A stretch of 64,000 nt of DNA, taken from the IMG/VR virus record IMGVR_UViG_3300008116_000192, positions 1 to 64,000 of that record. One strand, written 5' to 3'. The translations under genes and the position numbers were made by a program. Under the pieces are notes generated by a model. That model was given only the letters and a program-made list of their open reading frames with translations, made no database searches and had not been told where the DNA came from. This document shows, piece by piece, positions 8,201 through 17,812 of this stretch (the first letter of the stretch is position 1; each line of letters starts with the position of its first letter). This DNA is from a virus (Duplodnaviria > Caudoviricetes).

Positions 8201-10312
8201 ACATCTTCAGAACCAATTATAGCTAATTCATTTATCCCGTCATCTTCAACCGTTCCTACAAACGGTATGTACTTATCAGCAGCTAACACATTAAATTTTG
8301 CAACTAATACCACAAATAGAATGGTAATTGATTCTTCTGGAAATGTTGGCATAGGAACAACACCAAGTACAGGATATAGCATTCAGTCTTCTAAGAATTT
8401 AACTGGAGCAGTTACAGCAATAGGATTCCACAATAGTGGAACTATTCAGTCAGATGTAACAACTGCAGCAAATATATATTATACAACACCATCAACTGCA
8501 GCAACTTCTTTTACTCTTGCAAATCTAAGACACTACATGGCAGTTCAAGGAACATTTGGGCTAGGATCTTCTGTAACAAATCAAATAGGCTTTATAGTTA
8601 ATTCTAATCTTACAGGTGCTACAAATAACTATGGTTTCTATGGCGATATTCCATCAGGTGCTAATCGATGGAATATGTACATGAATGGTACAGCTAATAA
8701 TTATATGGCTGGCGGACTAGGTATTGGCTCAACTAACTTAACAGGAGTTAATTTAAGAATTGGTAAAACTTTAACTGGTGCAACAACAGGCATTGGAGCA
8801 TTGGTTGAAAGCCAAATTCAATCTGATGTAACTTCAGTCGCTAAGCTATTTAATACATACGCTCAAACACAAAGTGCAAATTTTGCAATTTCACAGATAG
8901 CTCACTTATTTATGGATGGCACGTCGACATTTGCAAATGTTACCGCTGGTGGCACAGTAGGAGCTCAATACGGTGTTTATGTTGGGTCATCTTTAACTGG
9001 TGCATCATCTAATTATGCTCTATATAGTGAAATAGCATCAGGTGCCAATCGTTGGAACGTTTACATGAATGGAACTGCGGCAAATTATTTTGCAGGCCAG
9101 ACTACAGTTGGATCAACATCTTTAACACTTGGCAATGGTTCGGTTACACATCAATTTGGTGTTATTCCTGCCTCATCTACAAATGTTGGAATAGTTGTAA
9201 GAAGTGCTGCTTCACAAACTGGAAATCTACAAGAATGGCAAAATTCAAGTGGAGGTCTTTTAGTACAAGTTGATGGAAATGGTGGATTACAAACTTATAA
9301 TTATGCTTTATTAAGAGCTGGATCAACTACAACAGTCCCATTGTCAGTTAGAGGAGCAGCCTCACAGACAGCCAATTTGCAAGAGTGGCAAAATTCTGCA
9401 GGAACGGGATTAGCGGGAATTACATCTGGAGGCCAAGTTTATTCATCTTACACTGGAGGAACTGCACACTTCAGATCAACAAATTCTTCAAATCTAAATA
9501 CTGAATATAACTTTATACTTTCTGGAGAAAATGATACTGGCGGCAAAGCCGTACATTTTGTTAATAGCTCTACAAGAACAAATGATGGTGGAGCAAATGC
9601 ATATACTATTAGAAATGATGGAGGACCACTTAACCTAGGTAGTGCATCATATCAAACAAATCTACTTGGTACAGCTATTTCTACTGGTGCACAAATAATT
9701 TCAACCCTTGCAAATTCTACAACAACTGGTGGAGGCCAGATCTATCTTAATGGTACTACAGGAAATAGAATTGATTTTAACACAAACGGTACTGGTGCAC
9801 CAGCATTTACCACAAGATCTGTTGGAACAAAAATTGTTTTGTATCCAAATATTTCAGGATCTACTGTTGATTATGCAATTGGAATAGACAACTCTACCCT
9901 CTGGCAATCTGTTTTAAATTCTACTGGAATATTCAAGTGGTATGCTGGAACAACTCAAGTGGCATCATTATCTGGAGCAGGATTATTTACAGCAGTATCC
10001 AAGTCATTTGATATTCAGCATCCAACCAAACCAGATATGCGTTTAAGATATGGATCTCTTGAAGGACCTGAAAATGGTGTATATGTTCGTGGAGTTACAA
10101 AAGAAAATGTAATTGAATTGCCAGAATATTGGACAGGATTGGTAGATGAGTCTACAATTACTGCAACCATTTCTTCCGTTGGTAAATTCCAAAAGGTTTA
10201 TGTAGAAAAAATTGAAGGCAATAAAGTCTATATTGGTGGACGGGTAAAAGAAATCTCATACGTAGTATTTGGAGAGCGTAAAGATATAGATAAAATTATA
10301 GTGGAGTACTAA
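5222..10312 (+). CDS. Giant modular tail fibre/adhesin with dispersed NLQEWQNS repeats, YadA-head-like repeats and C-terminal chaperone-like domain
   Basis: 1696 aa with 7 xNLQEWQ-type motifs, NxxIGxxAL repeats (~7430-7755) and C-terminal KSFDIQHPTK...LRYGSLEGPE. Confidence 0.7.
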   Translation: MAKKFLSPLNLLNLTSDPGTAAEGDFYWNSSTNRLRIYFDGAWADVSSNTAFTNAANTFTTSQTITPATSVTGLTINAASSAKGLIVKANATTPGNLQEWQNSSGTALSYIRSDGGIYVTSASDNRLYNLGIGGSSNGISWLYVAPQTASEKPIVVRGVASQSANLTEWQDSASTVLASVSNAGRITAANGFITPNVGLFGASSGGLATLTSYTAAAGTIGLAVRGAASQSADLIQAQNSAGSVVFKVSPTGVINAGGATTIGNILNFSDPGIAVETRFNFLRATDSAWLAVNEYSSDSTYYEFGMSDNPSGGDYYQWRFDDWTAPGHGWMPLQIGAYITRFIAPSITQYGNIALNPYNTAFATVNNVLPSASNYTVNRYFPTNSTTYALKRDTGTGTGTATLNTQTYTGTSIRNYWIEIETGGTTFKWGIDSAAFGGTIATGVAITGSAQTLDNGLQVTLSTTGHVAGDRWSWQSNPRRTIAIGGTPITGAMQIIYPSAALIGTVIRGASGQTANLQEWQNSSGNILSAIGPTNAQFGTTSSGVYPVGINSTPTTDVFLTVGTTGYVSANTANQSTGIYTRVVNTGTGDIVGVLAQPVSSNATGHTNISAFAGSVRSAGGAGSTVTNGYVFWATGPTISSGTITNLYGLYLTAQKTTGVTNAYGIFQAGADDLNTINGRTTINSGSTTYIPLIIKGIASQSANLQEWQSSAGTVLARISSSGQITASNIKMPNSFSVGLGTSALNAITTGDYNVAVGINSLLVNSTGSSNIAIGYNVLDQNTTGGDNIGIGYEALSKNVSSYYNIAIGTTALYNATGENNTVVGAEAGYSLTTGNNNTIIGYAAAASSATVSNEITLGNGSVTSLRVPGISISAGTTSFTAPAFIPSSSTVPTNGMYLSAANTLNFATNTTNRMSIDSSGAITIPGSLTVTGDVTINGTTTNINTTNLVVEDKNIILGDVTTPSNTTADGGGITLKGATDKTFNWVNSTSAWTSSEPIIANSFIPSSSTVPTNGMYLSAANTLNFATNTTNRMVIDSSGNVGIGTTPSTGYSIQSSKNLTGAVTAIGFHNSGTIQSDVTTAANIYYTTPSTAATSFTLANLRHYMAVQGTFGLGSSVTNQIGFIVNSNLTGATNNYGFYGDIPSGANRWNMYMNGTANNYMAGGLGIGSTNLTGVNLRIGKTLTGATTGIGALVESQIQSDVTSVAKLFNTYAQTQSANFAISQIAHLFMDGTSTFANVTAGGTVGAQYGVYVGSSLTGASSNYALYSEIASGANRWNVYMNGTAANYFAGQTTVGSTSLTLGNGSVTHQFGVIPASSTNVGIVVRSAASQTGNLQEWQNSSGGLLVQVDGNGGLQTYNYALLRAGSTTTVPLSVRGAASQTANLQEWQNSAGTGLAGITSGGQVYSSYTGGTAHFRSTNSSNLNTEYNFILSGENDTGGKAVHFVNSSTRTNDGGANAYTIRNDGGPLNLGSASYQTNLLGTAISTGAQIISTLANSTTTGGGQIYLNGTTGNRIDFNTNGTGAPAFTTRSVGTKIVLYPNISGSTVDYAIGIDNSTLWQSVLNSTGIFKWYAGTTQVASLSGAGLFTAVSKSFDIQHPTKPDMRLRYGSLEGPENGVYVRGVTKENVIELPEYWTGLVDESTITATISSVGKFQKVYVEKIEGNKVYIGGRVKEISYVVFGERKDIDKIIVEY
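5504..9400 (+). repeat. Dispersed ~30-nt repeats encoding (A/G)NLQEWQ(N/S)S
   Basis: Copies start near 5504, 5711, 6764, 7328, 9221 and 9371, with a degenerate copy (DLIQAQNS) near 5920 and a related copy near 14360. Confidence 0.85.
7874..8334 (+). repeat. Duplicated ~100-nt module encoding FIPSSSTVPTNGMYLSAANTLNFATNTTNRM (two copies; third in gene 17813)
   Basis: Copies at ~7874-7977, ~8231-8334 and ~19091-19190. Confidence 0.9.
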
Positions 10313-11574
10313 TGGGAGTTAATTATAATGCTTCAGCCACAACAGATGGACTTGTGTTTTATGTAGATGCTGCAAATCCAAAAAGCTATAATGGGGCAGA
10401 AAATCTTTTAATGTATTCTAGCTCCATAGGAAATTCTTTAGCCTATACAATAGCAGGTGGAAGTATAGTGCTAAATGCAGCTTTAGCACCAGATGGAACA
10501 TTTACGGCTACCGAAATGGATCAATTAGGACAAGCAAACAATTATATATTTGGAGGAGCATCAATATCCTTGGTTCCAAATAAACTGTATACATATAGTA
10601 TATATTTTAAGCAAGTCAACACTAATGATTTTTATTTAACTATAGACGAAGCTGGTTTTGCAGGAAGAAGATATTTTTTTCAATATGTTTATTCAACTCA
10701 AACATTAACGACTGGATACTCTGGAGCAGCAGGGAATGGTGTAATAACAAATGCATATGTTGTATCTGTTGGAAATGGATGGTTCAGGGGAGTAATTACT
10801 TTTAGAACAAGCACATCAAGCGTTAATTTTTTTATAGATATGATAAATAGATTTTCTGGTGCAAATAAAACTTATGTTTGGGGTAGACAATTAGAAAGAG
10901 GAGATGTAGTTAGCAACTATCTTCCAACTACAGCAACTGCACTGCCTAGGTCGTCAACATGGATTGATATGATAAATGGAAATAATGTAACTTTAGTTAA
11001 TGGACCTGGATTTGCAAATAATACTATTCAATTTAGAGAAACATCAAGTGGCAACAATTCTTATGGAGTTGCTCAGGTAGATTATGGAATTATGAGGCAG
11101 TCTGGAGCAAGAAGCACATGGACTTTAGAAACAGTATTTACATATTTAACACAAACAAGCGGAAATGGTAATTTCGGTGTGATTGAGAATGTCATATTTG
11201 GAAGACAGGGTTGCCATGGAGGAATATACACTTGGTCTCCAAATCTATTATATGCAGAAATTAAAACTCAAGATTGTTGGACTGGGTATTCAAGCGCCCC
11301 ATTTGGATCGGTTGTTCCTGGAAATACATATCACTGTGTTATGACATATAATAATGGTGTAACAAAAACATATTTAAATGGATACTATGTTGGAACTGGA
11401 TCAATGAACGTAGATATATATTATCCAGTCTACGGAACAGCATTATATCTAGGAGGAATACCTAGTTATAATCCAAACATAGATATGCATGTTGCCAGAG
11501 CATACACAAAAGAATTATCTACAGCAGAAGTATTGCAAAACTATAATGCCTTTAAAGGAAGAGGTGGAATGTAA
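10312..11574 (+). CDS. LamG/concanavalin-A-like lectin-domain virion protein, paralog 1
   Basis: N-terminal DGLVFYVDAANPKSY and C-terminal YTKELSTAEVLQNYNA...RGG, typical of phage LamG proteins. Confidence 0.65.
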   Translation: MGVNYNASATTDGLVFYVDAANPKSYNGAENLLMYSSSIGNSLAYTIAGGSIVLNAALAPDGTFTATEMDQLGQANNYIFGGASISLVPNKLYTYSIYFKQVNTNDFYLTIDEAGFAGRRYFFQYVYSTQTLTTGYSGAAGNGVITNAYVVSVGNGWFRGVITFRTSTSSVNFFIDMINRFSGANKTYVWGRQLERGDVVSNYLPTTATALPRSSTWIDMINGNNVTLVNGPGFANNTIQFRETSSGNNSYGVAQVDYGIMRQSGARSTWTLETVFTYLTQTSGNGNFGVIENVIFGRQGCHGGIYTWSPNLLYAEIKTQDCWTGYSSAPFGSVVPGNTYHCVMTYNNGVTKTYLNGYYVGTGSMNVDIYYPVYGTALYLGGIPSYNPNIDMHVARAYTKELSTAEVLQNYNAFKGRGGM

Positions 11575-12713
11575 TGGGACTTTCACACTCTCCTAGTATT
11601 ATTACAGATGGATTAGTATTACATTTAGATGGAGGAAACTATAAAAGCTTTCAATCCAGTACAAAAAATTTAATAACAACTAATTCTTTACCTTCTTCTA
11701 CAACTGGATATGCTGCATCAGGAGGAAATGGAACCGTAACATATGATTCTATAAACCAAGCAGTGGTTTGGGAAAGAACTTCTTATGAAGTATGGGGAGC
11801 GGTTTTTCAAAATTCGACATTATTTAATAAAACACTAGATACTTCAAAACAATATACCGCATCGTTTGAATGGAAAATAGATAATGCACAAATAGGTGCT
11901 GGAGCATATATTTTTGAAATTGCAGACGGACCAGATTTATATAATGTTACTGGTGTTGCTATATTAGGAAGTAGCACTAGCATTGGAAATGGATGGTATA
12001 GATTTAGTCATACATTTACTCCTTTAAATTCTGGAGTAGGGGCAAACTTTAGAATATTAATGGGAACTTATGGAACCAATGTAAGTAGGTTCTCTTGGAG
12101 AAAATTACAATTAGAACAGTCTTCAGTAAGAACAGATTATGTAGATGGAGTTCCGCTTTCAACATGGTACGACTTAAGTGGAAATGGAAATAATGGAACT
12201 ATTGTTGGTAATATTAGATATAACGCATCCACACAATCATTAAGACTTCCTGGAACAGTTGGATCTTATATTGATGTTCCGTCTCCAAATCTAATATCTT
12301 CTAATTATACTGTTATGGTTGCATCAAGATATACAACTGTTACAAGCGGAAGAATTCTTTCGGCATATATAAATAATTGGTTATTGGGACACCATTCTTC
12401 TACTTCTGAAGAATATTATGCTGAAGGCTGGGTAAGAGATAGCGCTGTAGCAGATACATCATGGAGAATATATGCTGGAACAGGAAATATATCTGCAGAT
12501 CAATACTCTTTATATATTAATGGATCATTAATAGTAAATAATAGCAATGCTGGTTCACAAGGACCAAACGGATTTACTGTTGGAAGATTTCGTGGAACAG
12601 ACTCTGAATATTCAGAAGGTGAAATTGGATTTTTATTGGCATACAATAGAGTTTTAACAGCATCTGAAATTGCTACAAATTATAACGCATTAAAATCGAG
12701 GTACGGGCTATGA
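11574..12713 (+). CDS. LamG/concanavalin-A-like lectin-domain virion protein, paralog 2
   Basis: DGLVLHLDGGNYKS, WYDLSGNGNNG, YNRVLTASEIATNYNALKSRYGL. Confidence 0.7.
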   Translation: MGLSHSPSIITDGLVLHLDGGNYKSFQSSTKNLITTNSLPSSTTGYAASGGNGTVTYDSINQAVVWERTSYEVWGAVFQNSTLFNKTLDTSKQYTASFEWKIDNAQIGAGAYIFEIADGPDLYNVTGVAILGSSTSIGNGWYRFSHTFTPLNSGVGANFRILMGTYGTNVSRFSWRKLQLEQSSVRTDYVDGVPLSTWYDLSGNGNNGTIVGNIRYNASTQSLRLPGTVGSYIDVPSPNLISSNYTVMVASRYTTVTSGRILSAYINNWLLGHHSSTSEEYYAEGWVRDSAVADTSWRIYAGTGNISADQYSLYINGSLIVNNSNAGSQGPNGFTVGRFRGTDSEYSEGEIGFLLAYNRVLTASEIATNYNALKSRYGL

Positions 12714-13999
12714 GTGCTATAGAAGGTCCAAATGAAAATATTAACAATCTTGTTATTGAATTAGATGCAAATAATATAAAAAGCATTTCTCCAAACAGAT
12801 TTTATGCATATGGAACAGTTGGAGAAGGAAGATATGCAGATAACAACGTAACATTTGCAATACAAGGAACTGGAACTTTCCAAAGACTTGGCTACAACCA
12901 ATCCTTTGGCGGGTATACAATAAAAGATTCAGATGTAGTTTATAGGTATGTTCTTGGTGGAAGTGGATGTCACTATCATGGAAACACAGTCTATATTCCT
13001 CAAGGCGCATATGTTGCATATAAGTATGATTATTATATAAGCGAAGATGCAGAAGATTATGGAGTGGCGGGAAATAATCTATATCTTGCAAATGCTGAAA
13101 ATGGTGGTGCTGGAACAGGAATGGAAAATTATGCTCCAAATTTAAATAAAGGAGTATGGCAAACAATGTCAGGCACTTTTGGACCAGCATCTGCAAGTGG
13201 AAATGTAAATTTTTATTTATATCCTGGAGCCTGTTCCCCAGATGCAAGAATCAACAGGCTTGCAAAAAGTGGCTTTATTTTATATAAAAATCCACAGGTA
13301 GAAATTGTTTATTCTTCAACAGCTACAGTTAGCTCTACATTTACATATAATAATTTAACATCAACTTTTAAAAATGTATTATCAGATAATCAAAATGCAA
13401 ATGTCTATGGAACTACTCCATATGAAATAGATACAGTCCCATGTTTTAATTTTGCACAAGTAACATCATCTATAGGTTCTGGAAATGTTGCTCCTGGAGC
13501 AAGTACTGGATTTACATTACAGTCTAATCCAGTTCCAGTAAATGGAAATTTTACTATATCTACATGGATTAAAAATCCAAATGCTGGGGCAGGTCAGATA
13601 GGCTTATTTGCAAATGCAGGAGATGCAAATGGATATAGGTTTGGTCCATCAAATACTCATATGTATTATTTAATTGGAAGTATTTCTGGAACATATAAAG
13701 AGAACTATATACCCTATCTAGCCACCCTTTCTCCTTCTCTTTGGTATAACATAGTAGGTGTTTTTGATAAAACAAATAATTTAATTAGTTGTTATGTAAA
13801 TGGTGTATTTCAAGGATCAGATTCTATACCGAATCTTACTGGCCTCCCATTCTCGCCGATAGCTCCAGGAATAGTAAGAAGTGGATGCTGTTCTCTATAT
13901 ACTGGAAAGCTAGCAAATTTAAGCGTTTACAATACAGCTCTTTCTGCTTCCACTATTAAGGCAAATTTTGAAGCCAATAGAAGCAGATATGGGATATAA
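12710..13999 (+). CDS. LamG/concanavalin-A-like lectin-domain virion protein, paralog 3
   Basis: LVIELDANNIKS, FTISTWIK, WYNIVGVF, YVNG, YNTALS...NFEANRSRYGI. Confidence 0.7.
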   Translation: MSAIEGPNENINNLVIELDANNIKSISPNRFYAYGTVGEGRYADNNVTFAIQGTGTFQRLGYNQSFGGYTIKDSDVVYRYVLGGSGCHYHGNTVYIPQGAYVAYKYDYYISEDAEDYGVAGNNLYLANAENGGAGTGMENYAPNLNKGVWQTMSGTFGPASASGNVNFYLYPGACSPDARINRLAKSGFILYKNPQVEIVYSSTATVSSTFTYNNLTSTFKNVLSDNQNANVYGTTPYEIDTVPCFNFAQVTSSIGSGNVAPGASTGFTLQSNPVPVNGNFTISTWIKNPNAGAGQIGLFANAGDANGYRFGPSNTHMYYLIGSISGTYKENYIPYLATLSPSLWYNIVGVFDKTNNLISCYVNGVFQGSDSIPNLTGLPFSPIAPGIVRSGCCSLYTGKLANLSVYNTALSASTIKANFEANRSRYGI

Positions 14000-14015
14000 T
14001 ATATAGAGGTGAGAA

Positions 14016-14771
14016 ATGGCTAATTCAGATAAAAATATTTTAATAACGCCTAATGTTAATGCGGCTACTGGAACCTACCCAACTATTAGATTTACTGGTT
14101 CTGGAAATACTCCAATAACTCTTAGCGTATTAGATGACAACTCTCTCTCATTTACTGGATCAGCTGGTCAACTATTTTCAATTACAAATAGTTTAAGTGG
14201 AATTATATTTTCTGTAAATGATGTTTCTGGTATTCCACAAATCGACGTTGCAGACACAGGTCTACTAAGATTAGTCCCATTTGGCGGAACTGTAGCAATA
14301 GGAACAAGCTCAAGCACAGCAAGATTAACAGTTAAGTCTGCCAGCGCATCTGTAAATACTCAAGAATGGCAGGATACTTCTGGAAATACCGTCGCAAGCA
14401 TTTCCTCAACTGGAAATTTAGGCGGAGCGGGATTTGATATTTATCCATTAGATGACATTTCTATATATTTTGACGGCAGAGAGAGAAGATTTACTCCTAG
14501 ATATGCAGGAGTCCAAATAACACCTTTAAACCCGTTTAGGCTTTTATTAAGCGTAAATGGTATAATTCAAACAGTAGATACTCCAGATTATGTCTGGCAG
14601 TCTATGTTGCCTAGATATGGCTTTATGGTGGATTCCGATGGTCTCATCGCATTCCATGAGCAGGTGCCAGCAGGTTCAACATTTGACGCAAGACTAATGC
14701 CTGGTTCAAGTACTACAACAGTAACAAAAAACTATCCGTTTAAGGCAGCGGACATTTTATTAGGAGCATAG
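14016..14771 (+). CDS. Putative virion structural protein
   Basis: 251 aa, GAGGTG SD. Contains one NTQEWQD copy of the fibre motif. Confidence 0.5.
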   Translation: MANSDKNILITPNVNAATGTYPTIRFTGSGNTPITLSVLDDNSLSFTGSAGQLFSITNSLSGIIFSVNDVSGIPQIDVADTGLLRLVPFGGTVAIGTSSSTARLTVKSASASVNTQEWQDTSGNTVASISSTGNLGGAGFDIYPLDDISIYFDGRERRFTPRYAGVQITPLNPFRLLLSVNGIIQTVDTPDYVWQSMLPRYGFMVDSDGLIAFHEQVPAGSTFDARLMPGSSTTTVTKNYPFKAADILLGA

Positions 14772-14774
14772 AAT

Positions 14775-17700
14775 ATGGCAAGAAAAGTATTACTGGAGAC
14801 AACGTATACATTTACGGCTTCATCAAGAACAATAGTTCTTCCAAGAGTTATCCGTCGTGATAGATTGGCGCTTATCACGAACACTACCGCAAATCAGGTA
14901 ATTTATAATTTTTCAGATCCTAGCTTAAGAGCTACGACCTACACAACATCATTCAGCGGAACCACTGGAACTACAACTATTGTCCTTAACTATAATACTA
15001 CAGCCATGTCAAATTCCGATACGCTCCAAATCGTTATTGACGAATATGATGAGAAGTTTACTCCTTCAGAATCATTTACAGATCCAGTAAGCAAGCTTCG
15101 TATTTCTCAGCCACAATCTCTTATCGATACAGACTTTGAGTATGGTCAGCAAACAACTAAGTGGGAAAACATTGCTACAGTAAATAATAGACCGTGGGCT
15201 TTTGAAAATCAAGTAACTCTAACAAACGTAACAGCAATTACAATGTCAGCTGGAGCAAGAGTTGTTACAGTAGCTACAGCTACACCACCAGCCGTAGGAA
15301 CTCCAGTATTTATTCGTGACACCAATTTACCATTTGCTAATGGTAACTTTATTGTTGAATCAGTTTCATCTGGAGTTAACTTTACTTATACAGCACGTTC
15401 AGCAAACTATACTTCAATTACTGCTCTTTATGATGCATCAAAAACAGTAGTAACAGCTGGAACTCTTTATGCTCAAGCAGCAATTGGTGGAGCTCCAACA
15501 ATTTCAGTATCTGGAACTGATCTTAAAGTAACAGTTACTACAACTATTCCACATGGATTAATGCCAGGAAATGAAATTGCTGTAACTGGTATTACTGGAA
15601 CAAATCCTCCAAATGGTAATCATTATGTAGCTACCGTACTTACTGCAACTCAGTTTGTATACTATGCAAACCCAACAGTAGGAACTCCTTCTGGACTAAC
15701 AGCATCATCTGCATTAATTTATGCAAGACCACAATCACAATTTTTACATAGAGCATTTGATGGCGGTGTTCTATTTGGAACTAATAGCAGCTCTCCTAAT
15801 ATATCTGCTACTCGTCAAACACGTAGATACTTTAGATATCAGTCTGGTAAAGGACTTCAGATATCATCTGGTACACTTCTTAGACCATATGCATCAGTTG
15901 ATCAGCTAACATCATCTGGTACAACTGTTACTGTTAGGACAAGAGAATATCATGGTCTACAGCCTGGTGCTACCATTGTTGTATCAGGAGCAACTGAGAC
16001 TGCATATAATGGAACATTTACAGTTGCATCTGCTCCTAGATTTAATACATTTACATATACTGCTGGATCAACTCCATCAGCATCTCCTGCATCTGGAGAT
16101 CCAGTAGTTTCAGTTTCATCATGGTCTGGCTCTAAAAATAGATTAGGAGCATTTGACGATCAAAATGGAGTTTTCTTTGAGTTTGATGGTACAACTTTAT
16201 ATGCAGTACGTAGATCTTCTACTTTACAAATTGGCGGAAGAATATCAGTAACTGCAGGTTCATCTACAGTCACACAAACAGATGCAGAATTTCCAACAGG
16301 ATTTTCTAAGCAATTAAGAATTGGAGATTGGATTTCAATTCGTGGTCAATCTTATAAGGTTCAAGATATAGCATCAGATACATCTATGACAATTGTTCCT
16401 CCTTACAGAGGTGCATCAAATGTTACCTATGGAACTATTACAAAAATGGTAGAGACAAAGGTTGCACAGTCTGCATTTAATATTGATAGATTAGATGGAA
16501 CTGGTCCTTCTGGATATAATCTTGATTTAAGTAAAATGCAAATGTTCTTTATCGATTATTCATGGTATGGAGCAGGAACAATTCGTTGGGGAATTAGAGC
16601 AACTGATGGTAACGTAATTTATTGTCACAGAATGGCAAATAACAACGTAAACTCAGAAGCATACATGCGCTCAGGTAACTTGCCAGCTCGTTATGAAACA
16701 ACAACTCAAGCAGTATCTACATTTTTAACAGCTACGCTTGCAAACAATGCAACAACTATGACTGTAAACAGTACAGCAGAATTTCCTTCAACTGGTACAT
16801 TAATTGTAAGAAATGCTACTACATATGAAGGCATTAATTATACTGGTAAAACAGCTACAACATTTACAGGATTAACAAGAGCTCAAGCAGGATCTGCAGT
16901 TGCAGGAACTACTACTACATGGTCATCAGGATCTGTATCTGGTACTGTAACATCTGCATCAGGAATTCAAATTGGACAGCGTGTACATTCAACTGCTAAT
17001 CCAAATGCAGTACCAGAAGGTACATTTGTGACAGGAGTCTCTGGAACTACAATTACGCTTAATGAAGCAGTTACATCAGCTAACCCTACTTTGATATTTG
17101 CATCAATTGGAGCAACAACAGGACAAACATTTACATATTCTGCAACTGCTCCTATTGCGGTAGAGCTAGCATACCCAACATTTTCTCCATCAATATCACA
17201 CTGGGGAACTGCAGCAATTATGGATGGAAGATTTGATGATGATAAGTCTCTAGTCTTTACATTCGGTACTACATCAGGAACTACAATTGCATCAGGCGCA
17301 ACAGCAGCGCTTATGTCAATTCGTGTAGCTCCATCAGTCGATAATGGTCAGATCGGAACATTTGGTGCACGTGAAATTGTTAATAGAATGCAGTTAAAGT
17401 TAGATTCATTAGGTATTACCTATAGTGGAACAGCACAGCCGTTACTTGTAACAGCTATTCTAAATGGAACTCCATCAAGCTCTACAGCTTGGACAAATGC
17501 TGTCGGTGGATCAGCAGTTCAAAATTCATCTCTAGCGCAAATTGCATCATACGCTGCAGGATCTACTACAGTATCTGGTGGTGAAGTTGCAGGAGGTTTC
17601 TTTGTTCAAGGAACTGACCGCCTAGATTTAACTAAAGTTCGTGATCTAGGTAATTCAATTCGTGGTGGCGGAGGAGCAAACTCTAATACTAATATTTATC

Positions 17701-17798
17701 CAGATGGCCCAGATACAATGACAATCCTTGTGCGTAATTTGGGATCTGCAAACGCAACAGTATTCGCACGACTTGGTTGGACTGAAGCTCAGGCATAA
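14775..17798 (+). CDS. Large beta-rich virion protein with repeated VTVTT.xxHG...G..I.V modules
   Basis: 1007 aa. Repeated small modules (e.g. TTIPHGLMPGNEIAV, REYHGLQPGATIVV) as in phage tail proteins. Confidence 0.55.
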   Translation: MARKVLLETTYTFTASSRTIVLPRVIRRDRLALITNTTANQVIYNFSDPSLRATTYTTSFSGTTGTTTIVLNYNTTAMSNSDTLQIVIDEYDEKFTPSESFTDPVSKLRISQPQSLIDTDFEYGQQTTKWENIATVNNRPWAFENQVTLTNVTAITMSAGARVVTVATATPPAVGTPVFIRDTNLPFANGNFIVESVSSGVNFTYTARSANYTSITALYDASKTVVTAGTLYAQAAIGGAPTISVSGTDLKVTVTTTIPHGLMPGNEIAVTGITGTNPPNGNHYVATVLTATQFVYYANPTVGTPSGLTASSALIYARPQSQFLHRAFDGGVLFGTNSSSPNISATRQTRRYFRYQSGKGLQISSGTLLRPYASVDQLTSSGTTVTVRTREYHGLQPGATIVVSGATETAYNGTFTVASAPRFNTFTYTAGSTPSASPASGDPVVSVSSWSGSKNRLGAFDDQNGVFFEFDGTTLYAVRRSSTLQIGGRISVTAGSSTVTQTDAEFPTGFSKQLRIGDWISIRGQSYKVQDIASDTSMTIVPPYRGASNVTYGTITKMVETKVAQSAFNIDRLDGTGPSGYNLDLSKMQMFFIDYSWYGAGTIRWGIRATDGNVIYCHRMANNNVNSEAYMRSGNLPARYETTTQAVSTFLTATLANNATTMTVNSTAEFPSTGTLIVRNATTYEGINYTGKTATTFTGLTRAQAGSAVAGTTTTWSSGSVSGTVTSASGIQIGQRVHSTANPNAVPEGTFVTGVSGTTITLNEAVTSANPTLIFASIGATTGQTFTYSATAPIAVELAYPTFSPSISHWGTAAIMDGRFDDDKSLVFTFGTTSGTTIASGATAALMSIRVAPSVDNGQIGTFGAREIVNRMQLKLDSLGITYSGTAQPLLVTAILNGTPSSSTAWTNAVGGSAVQNSSLAQIASYAAGSTTVSGGEVAGGFFVQGTDRLDLTKVRDLGNSIRGGGGANSNTNIYPDGPDTMTILVRNLGSANATVFARLGWTEAQA

Positions 17799-17812
17799 GG
17801 AGGTTTAACTAA

